Positions 61,153 through 64,000 of a stretch of DNA of 64,000 bases are shown piece after piece (positions within the stretch are counted from its first letter, which is position 1; the number at the start of each line of letters is the position of its first letter). The notes below the pieces were generated by a model. That model was not told where the DNA came from and made no database searches. It saw only the letters and a list, made by a program, of their open reading frames with translations. The position numbers were made by a program, and so were the translations under genes. Origin of the DNA: Azolla caroliniana (Eukaryota; Plantae; Polypodiophyta); NCBI GenBank assembly GCA_043228905.1, contig JBHGNT010000014.1, forward strand, positions 7,006,001 through 7,070,000. Reading direction: 5' to 3'.

Positions 61153-64000
61153 TGTTGAGAGACAAGCTCAACATCGGCCGGATCGGCTGAAGAAGCCGAG
61201 GACCGGATCGGTTGGGACCGATCGGTTAGGCCGAATGCGTAAACCGGTACACAGACCGGTGCGTAGGTTAGGCCGAATGCGTAAACCGGTACGTAGACCG
61301 GTGCGTAGGTAGGGCCAGATCGGTGCGTAAACCGGGAGGCCGTTAGGAAAGATATTCCGTGAGGAATATATTTGGGAGTTACTGTAGGAGCTCTTAATGA
61401 GCATTGAAGTACTGTCAGTACTTCGGTCAGTCCTTCTAGGACTTGTATAAAAGTGTTCATTGAACACACATATGTATAGAGTGTGGTGAATAGAGATTGA
61501 GTACCTTTTTGAATATAGTTCTTGTTTTTTCTCTCTCTCACACTCTCTCTCTGTCTCTCCCCCGTATACTGCGTAAGCTCAAGCTCTCTATTAAACCTGA
61601 GTTTTCTTCCTTCTGTTCGGTCTTCATACTTGTTTCCGCACACTACTTTTTACATGGTATCAGAGTGCGAGGGTTGAGAACCTCTCTACAACCAACACAA
61701 CTTGACGAAGAAGAACAAGAAGAACGATGGATAGAGGCATGGCGAGCTCGCTTCCAACAGGGAAGCTCGACAGAACCAACTACGCGTCTTGGTCCTACAA
61801 GATGCACCAGTACCTGCTCGGGCACGGCTACTGGAGTTATGTCGAAGGAGCTAATGACGCAGCACCCGAATCGACGCACAGAGACTTCCCGTAGTGGGAG
61901 CAATCGACGAGCAGGGTATTATACTGCTTCGTGTCGTGTGTGGGCGAACAACTATTGAGCTATGTTCGGGATGCAAAGACACTGAAGGGTGCATGGGAAA
62001 ATCTAAAGAAGATTTTCGCCGCGAGCACCACAACCAGGAAGCTTCAGCTCCGACAGGAGTTGAGCAACCTACGACAACGCGACTTGTCGGTGGCAGACTA
62101 TACCTCAAAGATCAAGGATATCTGCGACTCCCTCGCCTCCATAGAGGTGAACATCGAGGAGAGCGAGATGGTCCAGATCTGTCTCAGAGGTTTGTCGTCG
62201 AAGTTTGGAGCGTTCCGAACGGCTGTGTGTCCCCGGGAGAATACGCCGTCCTTTTTCGACTTACAGTCAATGCTCCTGGTAGAGGAGAACCACGCGGGTG
62301 CGTCTACAAGCACACACACCGACAGTAGAATGTTGTACATGGAGGGAGATAGGCCCCGTGGACGTGGAGGACGAGGCGAGTCGGCGCGCAATGGAGGCGG
62401 CCGACGAGATCAAGGAAGAAGCCACCGAAGTGATGCTGACAGCAACTCTGGACCCTCCGGAAACAGGGGGAGTCGAAGCGATGAGAACCGGCAAGGGAAG
62501 GCCATCGCGGAGTGCTGGTACTGTGCCAAGAAAGGCCACAGGGAAAGTGAGTGTTGGAAGAAGCGCGCCGATTCGGAGAGAACCGGTTCCGGAAATGGCT
62601 CCGGACATACCGACAAGGGAAATCGGCAGCGATTGCACTACGCCGAAGACTCCGGGAGAGCCAGAGAAGGGTCTGCCTTCGTGACGAGACACGAAGCAAG
62701 CTCAATGAAATGGAGCACCCCGAGATCCGACGAGGTGTGGTACGTAGACTCCGTCGCGTCAAACCACATGCCGAGCCATAAGGAGTGGTTCTCGTACCTT
62801 GAAAAACCAATACAACATGGAGTAGTCGCAACTGGAGATGACACTCCGCATCCGATCGCGAATGTCGGAGAAGTCCCCCTTAGCCATGTCGGGCAGAAAG
62901 GGAAACTCATGAATGTGTTGCACGTTCCGACAATCACAAAGAACTTGGTCTCGGTTGGATAGATCGTCGACCAAGGGATGGAGGTTCGATTTACACACCT
63001 CGGGTGCTTCATTGAGGAAGAAGGCCGTGTGATTGCGCAAGGGCGCAGAGATGGGAGGATGTTCATCCTCGATTCCACTGACGGCGGCACCGCAATGTTC
63101 GCGAAGGGACAAAAATCCGAGTCGGACATCGACTTGTGGCATAAGCGGATAGGCCACATCAACTACCAGCGGCTTCAAGATCTGCAATCGAAACAGGTAG
63201 TGTTCGGATTGCCCAAATTTAGTGGCCGAAAGGCACAAATTTGTGAAGCCTGCCAGCTCGGGAAGTAACACCGACTTCGTTTCCCAAACGAGCGAAACCG
63301 GAGCCAGAACAAGCTCAACCTTATACACTCCGATGTATGGGGGCCGACACAAAACGTTAGTCATGGCAGAAGCCGATATTTCGTCTCCTTCATCGACGAC
63401 CACACGCGGCACACGTGCATCTACCTCATTGAGAGGAAGAGCGAAGTCTTCAACTGTTTCCGGGACCTCAAAGGGCTCGTGGAAACGGAAACGGGACGAA
63501 AGATCAAGTGCCTGCGGTCGGATGGCGGGAAAGAGTACTTTTCCGGTTAATTCAACGGTTATCTACAACAAATGGGAATTCGGCGTGAATTCAGTTGTAG
63601 ATACACGCCGGAGCAGAACGGCGTGGCCGAGAGGAAGAATCGGTCAGTTGTGGAAGCGGCACGGGCAATGCTGGAGGAGAAGAGCTTGCCCAAGTTCTAC
63701 TGGGCCGAGGCGGTAAGGACCGCGGTATACATCCAGAACCAGATCGGAGACAAAGTGTCGGCGCATGAGCTATATTTCGGAACAAAACCGAACTTGCGAC
63801 ACTTGAGGGTGTTCGGTAGCATTGCGTATGTGCATGTACTGAAGGAGAAGAGGAGGGAGTTGGACGCAAAGGCCGAGAAATGCATTTTGGTCGGCTACTC
63901 GGACGAACAGAAGGGTTATAAGTGCTATAACCCTCGCACCAAACAAGCGCGTGTTAGCCGCGACGTTGTGTTTGATGAGTCCGCGTACTGGTACCAGCCC
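61153..64000 (+). mobile_element. Copia L (C/F family): 5' LTR 61153-61654, PBS, degenerate gag-PR-INT, running off the window
   Basis: TGTTGAG...TTTACA then TGGTATCAGAG; gag KLQLRQELSN; CWYCAKKGH; INT motifs with stops. Confidence 0.9.

Overview
This is repeat-dense land-plant nuclear DNA, most likely from a fern or other seed-free plant (inferred from the 5S variant and the retrotransposon gag types). Most of the window is nested LTR retrotransposons. A degenerate, rearranged Ty3/Gypsy element (1-47680) hosts three Copia insertions (1055-18069, 20380-26300, 28283-39218). Further elements are nested inside the first and third, including a fully intact young Copia at 29910-35173. To the right are a LINE fragment, one host gene (an intronless DAD1-like phospholipase A1, 50267-51856, minus strand), a solo LTR and a second four-deep Copia nest. 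The standout is a 7.7-kb TIR DNA transposon (39717-47424; 29-bp TIRs, 4-bp TATG TSD). It carries (i) a Sola/DUF7869-like DDD transposase with a possible C-terminal BAH/Tudor-like module; (ii) a divergently oriented, spliced gene for a prokaryote-type beta-class N6-adenine/N4-cytosine DNA methyltransferase (DIPY ... DLFSGTGTT), split across several small ORFs in the track and pseudogenised in this copy; and (iii) between the two genes, a 5S rRNA-derived Pol III promoter cassette with hairpins, abutting an array of eleven 51-bp palindromic repeats. All family assignments come from motif recognition by eye; no database search was run.
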